DNA of 64,000 bases, taken from IMG/VR virus record IMGVR_UViG_3300044627_003892; one strand, written 5' to 3'. Made by a program: the position numbers and the translations under genes. Below are positions 10,094-19,296 of the stretch, in pieces. The notes beneath the pieces are model-generated. The model saw only the letters and a program-made list of their open reading frames with translations, did no database searches and was not told where the DNA came from. The first letter of the stretch is position 1, and the number at the start of each line of letters is the position of its first letter. The stretch comes from a virus (lineage: Duplodnaviria; Caudoviricetes).

Positions 10094-10118
10094 GGGGGTA
10101 GGGGGATTGGAACAACGG
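10094..10118 (+). repeat. G-rich 25-bp motif, copy 3
   Basis: gggggtagggggattggaacaacgg. Confidence 0.85.
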
Positions 10119-10127
10119 AAAAAAAAA

Positions 10128-10610
10128 TTATTTTTTCACATAATCCAATTTATTACTTTTATCCCGATTATCCTTTTTCCATAAGGGCTGTATATTCATA
10201 TAATGAGAATTTTTCTCATACTCATTCTGATTCTCAGATTTACCTAAAGGAAATATATGGTCGGTCTCCCACTCCCTATAGTTATCCCAATTCATCCCAT
10301 CAACAAATTGTTTCTCCAAATGTTCCTTCAATACAATGGCGTCGCATCCAATAATATCCTCATACGTTTTTTCACTTGACTTTGTATAATCATATTTCCT
10401 AAAGTCCTCTTTGATTCTACCCTTTAAGGTTAACAGGATTTTATAATGGGGTTCAATTTCCTTTCTTTTCTTCCGTATCTCAACTCTAGATTTTTTGGCA
10501 CATTCTTTACATTTAGAAGATACTTTATTTTTAGCAAAATAATATTCCGACCTAGGTTTGTTTTCACCACATACATAACAAACTTTTAATTCATCCAATC
10601 TATGACCCAT
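10128..10610 (-). CDS. HNH-type (homing-like) endonuclease with N-terminal CxxC zinc finger
   Basis: CYVC...CKEC; WETDHIFPL...NIQPLWKKDNRDKSNK. Confidence 0.7.
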   Translation of the reverse strand: MGHRLDELKVCYVCGENKPRSEYYFAKNKVSSKCKECAKKSRVEIRKKRKEIEPHYKILLTLKGRIKEDFRKYDYTKSSEKTYEDIIGCDAIVLKEHLEKQFVDGMNWDNYREWETDHIFPLGKSENQNEYEKNSHYMNIQPLWKKDNRDKSNKLDYVKK

Positions 10611-10615
10611 AAAAA

Positions 10616-11116
10616 TTATTTTTTCCCAAAGATATTCATAAACTCTTTCTCGTAATCACGTCTCTCAACCTTAACAGTATTTACATGAAACTTAACAAAC
10701 TTAACGTCAGTATATATCATAGGAAATGACATGTTGATTTTATCACCCAACTTCTCAGGAGATAATACCTCACTTGAATCCCAATTGTATCTAACATCAA
10801 CATATACCAAATACGTTGGGGTAGATTCAAAACTATCAACAGTATATGTAAATTTAGTTTCAAACTTATTAATAACAATTGAATTAATACCAGGTAAACT
10901 CTTCTTAAGGACCTTGAATAATAATTCAGGAAAAACAAATTCACCATCCTTATTATACGTTCTGTTGTTCATTGAAGAACCACGATAATCACCATCAAGA
11001 TACGGATTAACAGTTATTCCTCCATTAGTTACACGATAATTACCATAATCCCTTGTTAACAAAACATTATCTCCTAAAATATTCATCACACTAATATTTT
11101 CTTCTTCAGGTTCCAT
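10616..11116 (-). CDS. hypothetical protein
   Basis: 166 aa ORF; TATCTTTG upstream. Confidence 0.65.
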   Translation of the reverse strand: MEPEEENISVMNILGDNVLLTRDYGNYRVTNGGITVNPYLDGDYRGSSMNNRTYNKDGEFVFPELLFKVLKKSLPGINSIVINKFETKFTYTVDSFESTPTYLVYVDVRYNWDSSEVLSPEKLGDKINMSFPMIYTDVKFVKFHVNTVKVERRDYEKEFMNIFGKK

Positions 11117-11165
11117 ATATATTTTTTTTACAAAGATAAAACAATAATACTAATTTACCAAAAGA

Positions 11166-11408
11166 TTATTTAACATCAGAAAATGAATCCGTATTAATAA
11201 ACTCAGATTCCAAATGACCAATAATATCCCTAAGAGTCTGACCCTGTAACTCAGGGGTTTCCCTACTACGAATAGATAAAGCAAGACCTCCACACAATAC
11301 AGACATAATATCATCCATATTCATACCCTTCATGGCCATTATGTTATAAAAAAACTTATTGTCCTTTAATGTTACATCCACAGTAACTGATAATCTCTCT
11401 TCTTCCAT
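11166..11408 (-). CDS. hypothetical protein
   Basis: 80 aa ORF. Confidence 0.6.
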   Translation of the reverse strand: MEEERLSVTVDVTLKDNKFFYNIMAMKGMNMDDIMSVLCGGLALSIRSRETPELQGQTLRDIIGHLESEFINTDSFSDVK

Positions 11409-11765
11409 ATATTAATAATAAAATAAAAAACCCAATTTTCCAAAAAATTTCCCAAAATTTATTTTTTATATATAGGGAACATTTTAAAACAAAGGGTCGC
11501 TTTTCTAAAAAATTTTTCCAGGATTTTTTTGAGGGGATTATCCCCCCTTCTGACCCAAAAAACCCCCTGTGAAAGGGGGGATACGGGAGGGGGTACCCCA
11601 TAGGTAGGGGTATAGGAGGGGGTAGTAGGGGGTGTTGATAACTTTTAATAAGTATCCCCTCCCCTTTACATTAGGTCACATCCTTTTACCACTGCTACTA
11701 TGGTAACCATTAGTAGACAGTATAGGATGATAGCTTGATTGGGTGTGATGGTAAATCGTTTCATA
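11409..11765. other. non-coding region with G-tract block (possible origin or packaging/terminus signal)
   Basis: No credible ORF; gggggatacgggagggggtaccccataggtaggggtataggagggggtagtagggggtg near 11576-11635 and repeated ttttc(c/t)aaaaaattt. Confidence 0.35.
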
Positions 11766-11954
11766 TTATCTTCTGTGTTTCTTAGGGGTACACTGATGTT
11801 GTAGTTGGCTCTTCCCCTTGTTCACACGTTTAGTTTGTTTATACATCTTCTGTTGTGTGTTAGAATGTTTCTTGTAGTTGTACCCACGTTGTGGGGTAGA
11901 ACAAGATGTTAGTATAACGACTAACATGATTAGGGGTAATATATATTTCTTCAT
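11766..11954 (-). CDS. small basic lipoprotein
   Basis: MKKYILPLIMLVVILTSC lipobox-like signal. Confidence 0.6.
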   Translation of the reverse strand: MKKYILPLIMLVVILTSCSTPQRGYNYKKHSNTQQKMYKQTKRVNKGKSQLQHQCTPKKHRR

Positions 11955-11999
11955 AATGTATAGACTACAAATATAGTTCAAAGGTTTCTTATATACAAA

Positions 12000-12302
12000 T
12001 TATTTCTTAGACAAATCAAGTAGTATGATTGGTAGTCTATCTTTATCTACATATGACAACACATCATCGTAGTCAGATAGTTTAATCCAATCACCTTGGT
12101 CACCCCACCATGCCGCTACCTCGAATGTATCAACTCCATCACCACGTAACATATTCATCCCACCGACAATAGATTGAAGACCACCACCTACAATAGATAC
12201 TGTGATATTGTTGGGGAGTGTAAGTAATCCTTGTACCGCACCCTTTACCACGTTGTGGGGTTTGAAGTCAAAGTCTTTAATGGTATATATCTTCTGTCTC
12301 AT
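12000..12302 (-). CDS. hypothetical protein
   Basis: 100 aa; TATATTTG upstream. Confidence 0.65.
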   Translation of the reverse strand: MRQKIYTIKDFDFKPHNVVKGAVQGLLTLPNNITVSIVGGGLQSIVGGMNMLRGDGVDTFEVAAWWGDQGDWIKLSDYDDVLSYVDKDRLPIILLDLSKK

Positions 12303-12629
12303 TACTACAAATATAAGATAATATCTTGGGGAAATATATTTGTTTATTTAAAAAATCCGCCGTAACTTAGCTTGGTGCTTTATATGTTTTTTTTTTATAA
12401 CAAGAGCGTCAACACAAAGATACGGCGAAGAAAGTTAATATCCTAATTTTTTATTAATTATTTTTGTTGTAACTTAGCCCCGTAAGTGTACCTTATAACG
12501 ATAAGGGGATAAAGGGCTGGCACGGTTAATGCTTGGAGTGTGTACTCCACCCTGCTTTTAAAAAAAAAGAAGATTTTTCTTGTGGGGGAAGAAAATTGTT
12601 GTATATTTGTAGAACAATAAACAACCACT

Positions 12630-13052
12630 ATGAAAATCACCCAAGACAAACTATCAACCAAATTGTTAATGAGATTCATCAAGAAGCAAAACCTTGTTGT
12701 TATGACTGACACATGGAACCACTTCGGTGAGGTATCGGTTCGTATTGTATCTGTGGGTGAGACAGACAAGTGGAATTGGAACACCAACTCTTATGGTCGT
12801 GTGATTAACATAGAGGTAACCCTAAAGAGAGAAGGTCACCGTTACGCTGAGTCATCAATCCCAAGTGTTAACTCTTGGCGTAGTCATCACAGAGCAAGTT
12901 ACTTCAAGAGCAGAAAGTGGTCAGCTAACAATGGGGCACAGAAACTAATCAACAACACAATCATCCCCACGTTCTTCAAAGCAGCTTGTATCTCATTACC
13001 AAGACACACTGACGAAATCATCGGAAACATCACCTACAAATTTATTGACTAA
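12630..13052 (+). CDS. hypothetical protein
   Basis: 140 aa; TATATTTG at 12602-12609. Confidence 0.7.
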   Translation: MKITQDKLSTKLLMRFIKKQNLVVMTDTWNHFGEVSVRIVSVGETDKWNWNTNSYGRVINIEVTLKREGHRYAESSIPSVNSWRSHHRASYFKSRKWSANNGAQKLINNTIIPTFFKAACISLPRHTDEIIGNITYKFID

Positions 13053-13440
13053 TATGAAACTCAAAGATAGATTAGATACATACACAACCACCGAACTTCG
13101 TAAGATGGGGTTACAACTTATAACCATAGTTAGAAAGACACTCGGTCATGGAAACAAACCATCCCCGAAACTGAAAATTAGAAATGGGTTAACAAACCTC
13201 TATGGTCAATACGATTATGAAGCATTAGTTATCAACCCATCCACATGTGAGACTGTTGATAAGTTTGTAAAAACAATCATACACGAATACACCCACCACA
13301 TACAAAAAGGTATCAAACGTAACTACGCATCATCACAATCAAAACATGGTTATTGGAACTGTCCCTTTGAAGTGGAAGCTCGGGGGAATGAAACAAAGTA
13401 CAAGAGTATTGTATGGAAACAATTTAAACAAATCCCTTAA
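13045..13440 (+). CDS. HExxH zinc-metallopeptidase-like protein
   Basis: TIIHEYTHHIQ ... PFEVEAR. Confidence 0.6.
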   Translation: MTNMKLKDRLDTYTTTELRKMGLQLITIVRKTLGHGNKPSPKLKIRNGLTNLYGQYDYEALVINPSTCETVDKFVKTIIHEYTHHIQKGIKRNYASSQSKHGYWNCPFEVEARGNETKYKSIVWKQFKQIP

Positions 13441-13720
13441 CATGGTTGTCCAAAATACGTATTGGATTTTCCTGACCCTTGAATAACTCCATGAACTCAG
13501 GGGTAAGTGAATACAATGTTAATATCTTCATGTCCCCTTGGTATGTAGATGATGCTTTCCTATACTCCATCTTACCCACCTTTTCCCCATTATAATATAG
13601 GGTCACAGCAACAACATCCCGTAAAGGGTCAGTTATAACCCTTACATTTTTCAGTATGTCAGTTATTGAAATGGGGTTAGACATATCGTCAGGGGGAATT
13701 GTTGATAAATTATTATTCAT
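13424..13720 (-). CDS. hypothetical protein
   Basis: 98 aa ORF. Confidence 0.5.
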   Translation of the reverse strand: MNNNLSTIPPDDMSNPISITDILKNVRVITDPLRDVVAVTLYYNGEKVGKMEYRKASSTYQGDMKILTLYSLTPEFMELFKGQENPIRILDNHVKGFV

Positions 13721-14476
13721 TTTTTCTTGATTTTGTCAAAATGTCAGTTGAGTGTCAGATGGGGGATAATCCCCTTGACGGGTTTTAGTCATATTAACAA
13801 CTATAAATATAGTGTATATTATGTATATTGTCCATAGGTAAATGTTCCCACTTTTTACCACTGACGTATGTGTAGTGAGGGTTTTTGGTTATATGAAAAG
13901 TGAAAAAAGTGGTCCTCCTGATAGTGTGAGAAGGGTTTTTTTAACTATATACATTTTCCAGATAAAAATAGGATGTAACAATAAAGTGGCGTGGACAGAC
14001 TTTAGTTGTTTAAATCCTTCAACGAAAAGTGTATTTCATTGTGTCTTCAAGGGGGTTTTTAAGATTTCCCCTTACCATATAGACACATGATATCGACAAT
14101 TATAGTGGTGGTAAAAAGTGGGACATATGTTTCATATCACTATAGTCAGGTTAAACCTGACATAACAGATATGTTTCGTATTGTCCCCTTCACATTCCAC
14201 CATATATTTTATACCCTAACAGGTATACTCATATCATCTTATATACCCTTTAGGGTATTTCATTATCCCGATGGGGTACAATACCATTAACAGTAATATG
14301 TTATGTCCCTTCATAGTGTGTGTCTTTCATTATGGGGAATTATTATAGATTAGTGTTGTACGTTAATTATAGATTCATACAATAGGGGAAATTAGGAAGT
14401 AAATAAAGGAATGGACCCATTAGTGTAATGACCCGAAGGGGAATGGAACGACACGATAGTGGAATGGGGGAATGAG

Positions 14477-14508
14477 TTTGTTTAATTCATAATTTCTTAT
14501 TATATTTG
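14477..14508 (+). promoter_or_regulatory. Bacteroidota sigma70-type promoter
   Basis: TTTG (14477-80), 20 nt, then TATATTTG (14501-08), 4 nt before ATG. Confidence 0.75.
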
Positions 14509-14512
14509 TACT

Positions 14513-15307
14513 ATGGTTATTACAGATAGATTAAAACAAATTATTTTTAAACACCTATATAGAGAGTTAGGTGATTGTGAGATTATTCCTTATAATGGGT
14601 CTATATGGTTCATTAATAGGGATAATAAACATTGGTACTTTGAACTTGATGAGTCAGGTACTTTATGGTGGAGATACGATTTTTTTAATTCGTTTTTTCA
14701 AATATTCTCCATGAGTTCGGATGATTTTTGTCCTGTTCTATCTTCTTGGGTGGAAGAGGTCTTAAATCATAAGGTATCCACAACCCAGGATAGCCTGTGT
14801 AACGTATGTAAACTGGTGGAAGAGGTCTTAAATCATAAGGTATCCACAACCTTCATTCCACTTCCAATTACAACGGACAAGGTGGAAGATGTATTAAATC
14901 ATAAGGTATCCACAACGTGCGATGTTAAAGTTCGTGTTCCTTGGAAGGTGGAAGATGTATTAAGTCATAATGTTAAGGTGTCTACAACTACCATTCTCAA
15001 ATACCCCGAGCATTCATTGGTGGAAAAGGTCTTAAATCATAAGGTATCCACAACCGATTCACTTGATTACGTTGGAAGAATTGAGGTAGAAGAGGTATTA
15101 AATCATAGGGTATCTAGAACCTGCCAAACAAGCGTTTATTGTGATAGGACGGTGGAAGAGGTCTTAAATCATAAGGTATCCACAACGCAGAATTTGAATT
15201 ATGTCGGCCAAGGACTGGTGGAAGATGTATTAAATCATAAGGTATCTACAACGGAATCGTATTTTGGACCCTTCACAAGAGGGGTGGAAGAGGTATTAAA
15301 TCAATAA
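14513..15307 (+). CDS. array-bearing protein 1 (conserved N-domain plus VEEVLNHKVSTT-X10 repeats)
   Basis: 264 aa; 22-aa periodic C-terminal half. Confidence 0.85.
   Translation: MVITDRLKQIIFKHLYRELGDCEIIPYNGSIWFINRDNKHWYFELDESGTLWWRYDFFNSFFQIFSMSSDDFCPVLSSWVEEVLNHKVSTTQDSLCNVCKLVEEVLNHKVSTTFIPLPITTDKVEDVLNHKVSTTCDVKVRVPWKVEDVLSHNVKVSTTTILKYPEHSLVEKVLNHKVSTTDSLDYVGRIEVEEVLNHRVSRTCQTSVYCDRTVEEVLNHKVSTTQNLNYVGQGLVEDVLNHKVSTTESYFGPFTRGVEEVLNQ
14749..15303 (+). repeat. CRISPR-like in-frame array: 8 full repeats (36 nt; one 42 nt) plus a partial repeat, 8 spacers of 30 nt
   Basis: Repeat starts counted at 14749, 14815, 14881, 14947, 15019, 15085, 15151, 15217, 15283. Confidence 0.9.
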
Positions 15308-15763
15308 TTAGTTATTCTCTAAAGTACCTGTATAGAAATCTAATACCATATCAAAAATATCATCTAATACATCTTTTGGTAGTTCTTCATAAGACATATA
15401 ACTTTCATCTAAAATTTGTGAGTATTTATATCCACCATAATGAAACACTGTAACATCTTCTTTATTTATCATTTCTATTTGTGAAAGTTCACCGTCTTCA
15501 TCCTTGAGGACTATTGGGTTTTCATTCATATCCATTAGTACAATATATTCATCATCGGTTGTTTCTACTACTTCCTTAATAATCTTAATCTTATTGTTTG
15601 TTGTAAGGAACTCATCACCTAACACATTTATAAGGTATTCTATACCACCGAACATTTCTCCTGTCTTTAGTAACCCCGCCTGACTTGCGATAGTTAATAA
15701 CTTCATCTGTTTTACGGTGTATTCTTCCCTTAATATTCTTTTTATGTTTTGTTGTAGGTTCAT
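15308..15763 (-). CDS. MNLQ leader-family protein
   Basis: MNLQQNIKRILREE. Confidence 0.75.
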   Translation of the reverse strand: MNLQQNIKRILREEYTVKQMKLLTIASQAGLLKTGEMFGGIEYLINVLGDEFLTTNNKIKIIKEVVETTDDEYIVLMDMNENPIVLKDEDGELSQIEMINKEDVTVFHYGGYKYSQILDESYMSYEELPKDVLDDIFDMVLDFYTGTLENN

Positions 15764-15795
15764 AATATTATAAATATAATTATATTTATTATCAT
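15764..15795. promoter_or_regulatory. divergent TATTTAT promoter cassette
   Basis: aatattataaatataattatatttattatcat; near-identical at 21235-21266 and similar at 18940-18972. Confidence 0.65.
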
Positions 15796-16125
15796 ATGAA
15801 ATATCTTATAACAGAATCACAATTAGATAAAGTAATCTTTAGATATTTGGATATTAAGAACTTTATTCAGATTAAAAGAGGAAACACAATATACTTTGTT
15901 AATTCGGAAGATGATAAATATGCCCAAATCAGATATGATAGAAACGATGGTTGGTGTTATATACGCCATGGATTAATTTACGAAATTTCTTCTTTCTTTT
16001 CTTTGGACATATATGATTCTAAGGAAGTTATCGGTAGATGGGTTGAAAATACTCTACAAATGAGGGTTACTTATACCCGTTTGGTCTTTCACGATGTGAA
16101 CAATTTGTTTAAAATACCTAACTAA
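15796..16125 (+). CDS. MKYLITES family protein with WVENTL domain
   Basis: Paralog of 19297, 60746, 17961, 21635. Confidence 0.8.
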   Translation: MKYLITESQLDKVIFRYLDIKNFIQIKRGNTIYFVNSEDDKYAQIRYDRNDGWCYIRHGLIYEISSFFSLDIYDSKEVIGRWVENTLQMRVTYTRLVFHDVNNLFKIPN

Positions 16126-16834
16126 TAGTAATAATCTTCCACTCCCCATTATAATCTTCCACAAGACATGTAGAGTTCTCACAGAAGTCCCCTGAGTTCA
16201 TATAGTAATTCTCTATCTTCGGATGATGAATATGTCCACATACTGCCACATCATACCCCTTCTGTTTTGTTAGACCTTTTGCGTTATCCTCAAAATCAGA
16301 TACAAAGTTAATTGCCCCTTTAACAGATTGCTTTATTGTGTTTGCTAATGAATGATATGGTAAGTTAAACCACTTTCTTATTTTGTTATATAAAGTATTA
16401 AACTTAATCACAATATCATATGACCATCCACCGATTACCGCTAACCACCTCGCTTCCATTATAACGAAATCCAATACATCCCCGTGAAAACAAAAATACT
16501 TTCTATTATCTATTCCTGTATGTATATACTTTCTTACAATCCTGATGTTGTTTAATTTAAATGGAATAAAATCTTTTAGGAAGTCATCGTGGTTTCCTCT
16601 TATATAAACCACCTTTGTATTCTTCTCTGACATCTTCATGAACCTTCTGAATATCTTGGTACAATCCTTTGTCCATTTACCATTACCTTTAAGAGCCCAA
16701 CCATCTATTATATCACCGTTCAGTATTAGTTTTTCCGTTGTGTTATTATCCAAGAAACTTATTATCTTATCTGTCTGTGATTGTCTTGCTCCTAAGTGTA
16801 AATCACTCATGATTATCGTTTTCCAATTATTCAT
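16118..16834 (-). CDS. LpxH-like UDP-2,3-diacylglucosamine hydrolase / metallophosphoesterase
   Basis: SDLHLG, GDIID, GNHD, HGD and GHIH motifs. Confidence 0.75.
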   Translation of the reverse strand: MNNWKTIIMSDLHLGARQSQTDKIISFLDNNTTEKLILNGDIIDGWALKGNGKWTKDCTKIFRRFMKMSEKNTKVVYIRGNHDDFLKDFIPFKLNNIRIVRKYIHTGIDNRKYFCFHGDVLDFVIMEARWLAVIGGWSYDIVIKFNTLYNKIRKWFNLPYHSLANTIKQSVKGAINFVSDFEDNAKGLTKQKGYDVAVCGHIHHPKIENYYMNSGDFCENSTCLVEDYNGEWKIITIS

Positions 16835-17538
16835 TCCCAGTATCCTTTATCATCCTCAAAATGATTTTTATTGTTCCTGTTGAAGAATGAACTAACCATA
16901 AGTTTTAACATATACCACACTCCTTTCTGTTTGAACCTTCTTGGACTTGTGAATACCGTTGTATTCATGATATAAAACTTGCTTGGTTTAACTTGTTTGG
17001 AGAATAGATAATCCTCGGCAACTCTTGCGTTTTCATCAAACCCACCGATTGTATCATATACTTCTTTCTTAACCATCATGAACCCACCAAGACAAAATGG
17101 TGTGATTGGTTTGAATACCTTTTGTATTGTGTCAAACAATCTGAATATACTATTATACTCACCTGTCGTTGACCTTACCTTACATGTAATCAAATCTGTA
17201 TTATGTAATAAGAACTCCCATATACAATTGTTTAATATGTTGAAATCCAATAAGAATATGTCAGCGTCCAAAAATAGAACATAAGGTGTTTCCACATTCT
17301 CTGCTCCCTTATTTCTTGCAACAGACGGAAGTCCTCCTGAAATAATCTGTAGATTAAAATAATCTGTTCTCCTATTTTCCAAAGAATAGGATGTATAATC
17401 ATCATCCGATGAATCACAAACAATAACTCTAACATCTTGTATTCCCTTTTGAAAGTTTAATAAGGACAACGTTTGTTCTATTATCTTGCCCTCGTTCTTA
17501 CAAGGGATTACTATGGTTAAAAACTTTGATAAATCCAT
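16831..17538 (-). CDS. glycosyltransferase family 2
   Basis: IVIPCKNE, VCDSSDD, ARNKG, FLDAD, ED motifs. Confidence 0.85.
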   Translation of the reverse strand: MDLSKFLTIVIPCKNEGKIIEQTLSLLNFQKGIQDVRVIVCDSSDDDYTSYSLENRRTDYFNLQIISGGLPSVARNKGAENVETPYVLFLDADIFLLDFNILNNCIWEFLLHNTDLITCKVRSTTGEYNSIFRLFDTIQKVFKPITPFCLGGFMMVKKEVYDTIGGFDENARVAEDYLFSKQVKPSKFYIMNTTVFTSPRRFKQKGVWYMLKLMVSSFFNRNNKNHFEDDKGYWE

Positions 17539-17646
17539 AATAATAACTATTAAAAACAACCTCAAACCATATTATCATATTCTTATTAAATTATTAACCC
17601 AATATGTATTGTTCAATTTTATGTGTATCTTTGTATTTATTATAAT

Positions 17647-17964
17647 ATGAAGATTGAGCATAAGGTTAAAGCAATTGTAAAACTAATTAATACATTATAC
17701 TCTCCTGACGAGATTAAAGTTAGAAAGAGTGAGTTTGATGATGAGATGTTAATTGATGTTTACGTTTCTCATATTGATGACTCATATATAACCAACCCTT
17801 ACCATTATAATCTTAATAAACTAAAGGAATTAAATTTAGAACGTGAGATTAGAAGGGCGATAAAGGATTTTTTGAGTATTAAAACAAGCGGACTTAATCC
17901 ATACACAGGTTTCGCCCCGTATGCTGTTCACGGCATAACAATAGATGTAAGATTAATATTATGA
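17647..17964 (+). CDS. hypothetical protein
   Basis: Start MKIEHK after TATCTTTG/TATTTAT. Confidence 0.65.
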   Translation: MKIEHKVKAIVKLINTLYSPDEIKVRKSEFDDEMLIDVYVSHIDDSYITNPYHYNLNKLKELNLEREIRRAIKDFLSIKTSGLNPYTGFAPYAVHGITIDVRLIL

Positions 17965-18314
17965 AATACCTTATAACAGAATCAAAATTAGAGAAAGTAA
18001 TCTTTAAGTATCTTGATATTCAGGACTTTGTGATATATGACAACAAGAAGAGATTCAGCAATTATATATATTTCTTAAACAGTGAGTCAGATAGGGAATC
18101 ACAGATTAGTGTTTATACTAACAACGCCTTTGGTGAAGTTAGGAATTGGATATTTGTAAATCGTGATTTGACTGATAAATTATCTACCTTATTCCCCATT
18201 GGTAAATCGGATTGTTTGGATATAATCAAAGAATGGGTTAATAATACTTTGGGTATTAGTGATAGTACGATTTGGGATGGTCCATATGATTACAGATTAG
18301 CGGTTACAGATTAA
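17961..18314 (+). CDS. MKYLITES family protein
   Basis: MKYLITESKLEKVIFKYLD ... EWVNNTL. Confidence 0.8.
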   Translation: MKYLITESKLEKVIFKYLDIQDFVIYDNKKRFSNYIYFLNSESDRESQISVYTNNAFGEVRNWIFVNRDLTDKLSTLFPIGKSDCLDIIKEWVNNTLGISDSTIWDGPYDYRLAVTD

Positions 18315-18327
18315 TAGTTAACGAAGA

Positions 18328-18606
18328 ATGAAATACTTAATTACAGAATCACAGTTAGAATCATTTTTACTTAGAAGGTTTACAATGGATGAATTGGAAT
18401 CACTTAGGGATGATTATAACTACATTATGGATGAAGAAGATTTTGAAGATTCCGCCGACAGAGATGATTACGCTTATGAATTAATTGAAAAGTTCATTGA
18501 TAGACATAGAGGTGAAGAGTTTTTTCAATATGATGATGATACTGAATTCTATGATAAACGTTCCAAATATATTGGAGCATTACTCAAATTCTTAAACTCT
18601 AATTAA
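18328..18606 (+). CDS. MKYLITES leader protein, acidic
   Basis: MKYLITESQL. Confidence 0.75.
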   Translation: MKYLITESQLESFLLRRFTMDELESLRDDYNYIMDEEDFEDSADRDDYAYELIEKFIDRHRGEEFFQYDDDTEFYDKRSKYIGALLKFLNSN

Positions 18607-18609
18607 TCT

Positions 18610-18939
18610 TTAGAAACCTTTTCTTTCATTATACATCCGTGTAATTCTTTTTCTATAATGATTTTCTAACCCTTGGTGTATATCATCATACCAAAATTCA
18701 TCTTCAGGTAATGTGCTAACAAATCTCCAATGTACCCCATCCATCATAAAGGTTATTGTTGTGTAGACTAACTCATCTAAAAAATGTGAACTTAAAACCT
18801 TTCTGTCTTTTGTAAGACGATAAGCACCTTCAAAAGATTCAAGAAACTCATTTTCCATTTCATCATTAGAAAGTCTTCTTTTAATTCTCGCTGATAGTTC
18901 TTCCCTCAGTATTCTTTTTATAGATTCTTTTAAGTTCAT
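18610..18939 (-). CDS. MNLxE leader-family protein
   Basis: MNLKESIKRILREE. Confidence 0.75.
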   Translation of the reverse strand: MNLKESIKRILREELSARIKRRLSNDEMENEFLESFEGAYRLTKDRKVLSSHFLDELVYTTITFMMDGVHWRFVSTLPEDEFWYDDIHQGLENHYRKRITRMYNERKGF

Positions 18940-18972
18940 ATTATTATAAATATGATTATATTTATATTCTAT

Positions 18973-19293
18973 ATGAAATATCTTATCACCGAATCACAAT
19001 TAGATAAAGCCAAATCGGTAATAAATAATTTAATGATATCTGAGTTAAATAATATATTAGATTATGATAGAACATCAGATAGTGATTTCATTAATATATA
19101 TAGCCAGGAAAGAGGCCCTGATTTTTTTATTTTAATGGAGTTTGACCATAGTGATGGTAGATTATTTATTGATGAATCTTTTTTAGATAAGTTTTCATCC
19201 ATGTATCCACTTGATAAAGAACAATCAGGTAAATTCATTTCTGATTGGTTTAGTAAAGTATTTGATGTTGATGTTATGTTTTTTGAATATTAA
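18973..19293 (+). CDS. MKYLITES family protein
   Basis: Start reassigned to MKYLITESQLDK. Confidence 0.75.
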   Translation: MKYLITESQLDKAKSVINNLMISELNNILDYDRTSDSDFINIYSQERGPDFFILMEFDHSDGRLFIDESFLDKFSSMYPLDKEQSGKFISDWFSKVFDVDVMFFEY

Positions 19294-19296
19294 TAT

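Noticed and set aside
7618-10118. G-rich motif as a tRNA 3'-half/attachment site (minus strand gttccaatccc)
   Set aside because: No T-stem pairing or cloverleaf; the resemblance to GTTCGAATCC is only partial.
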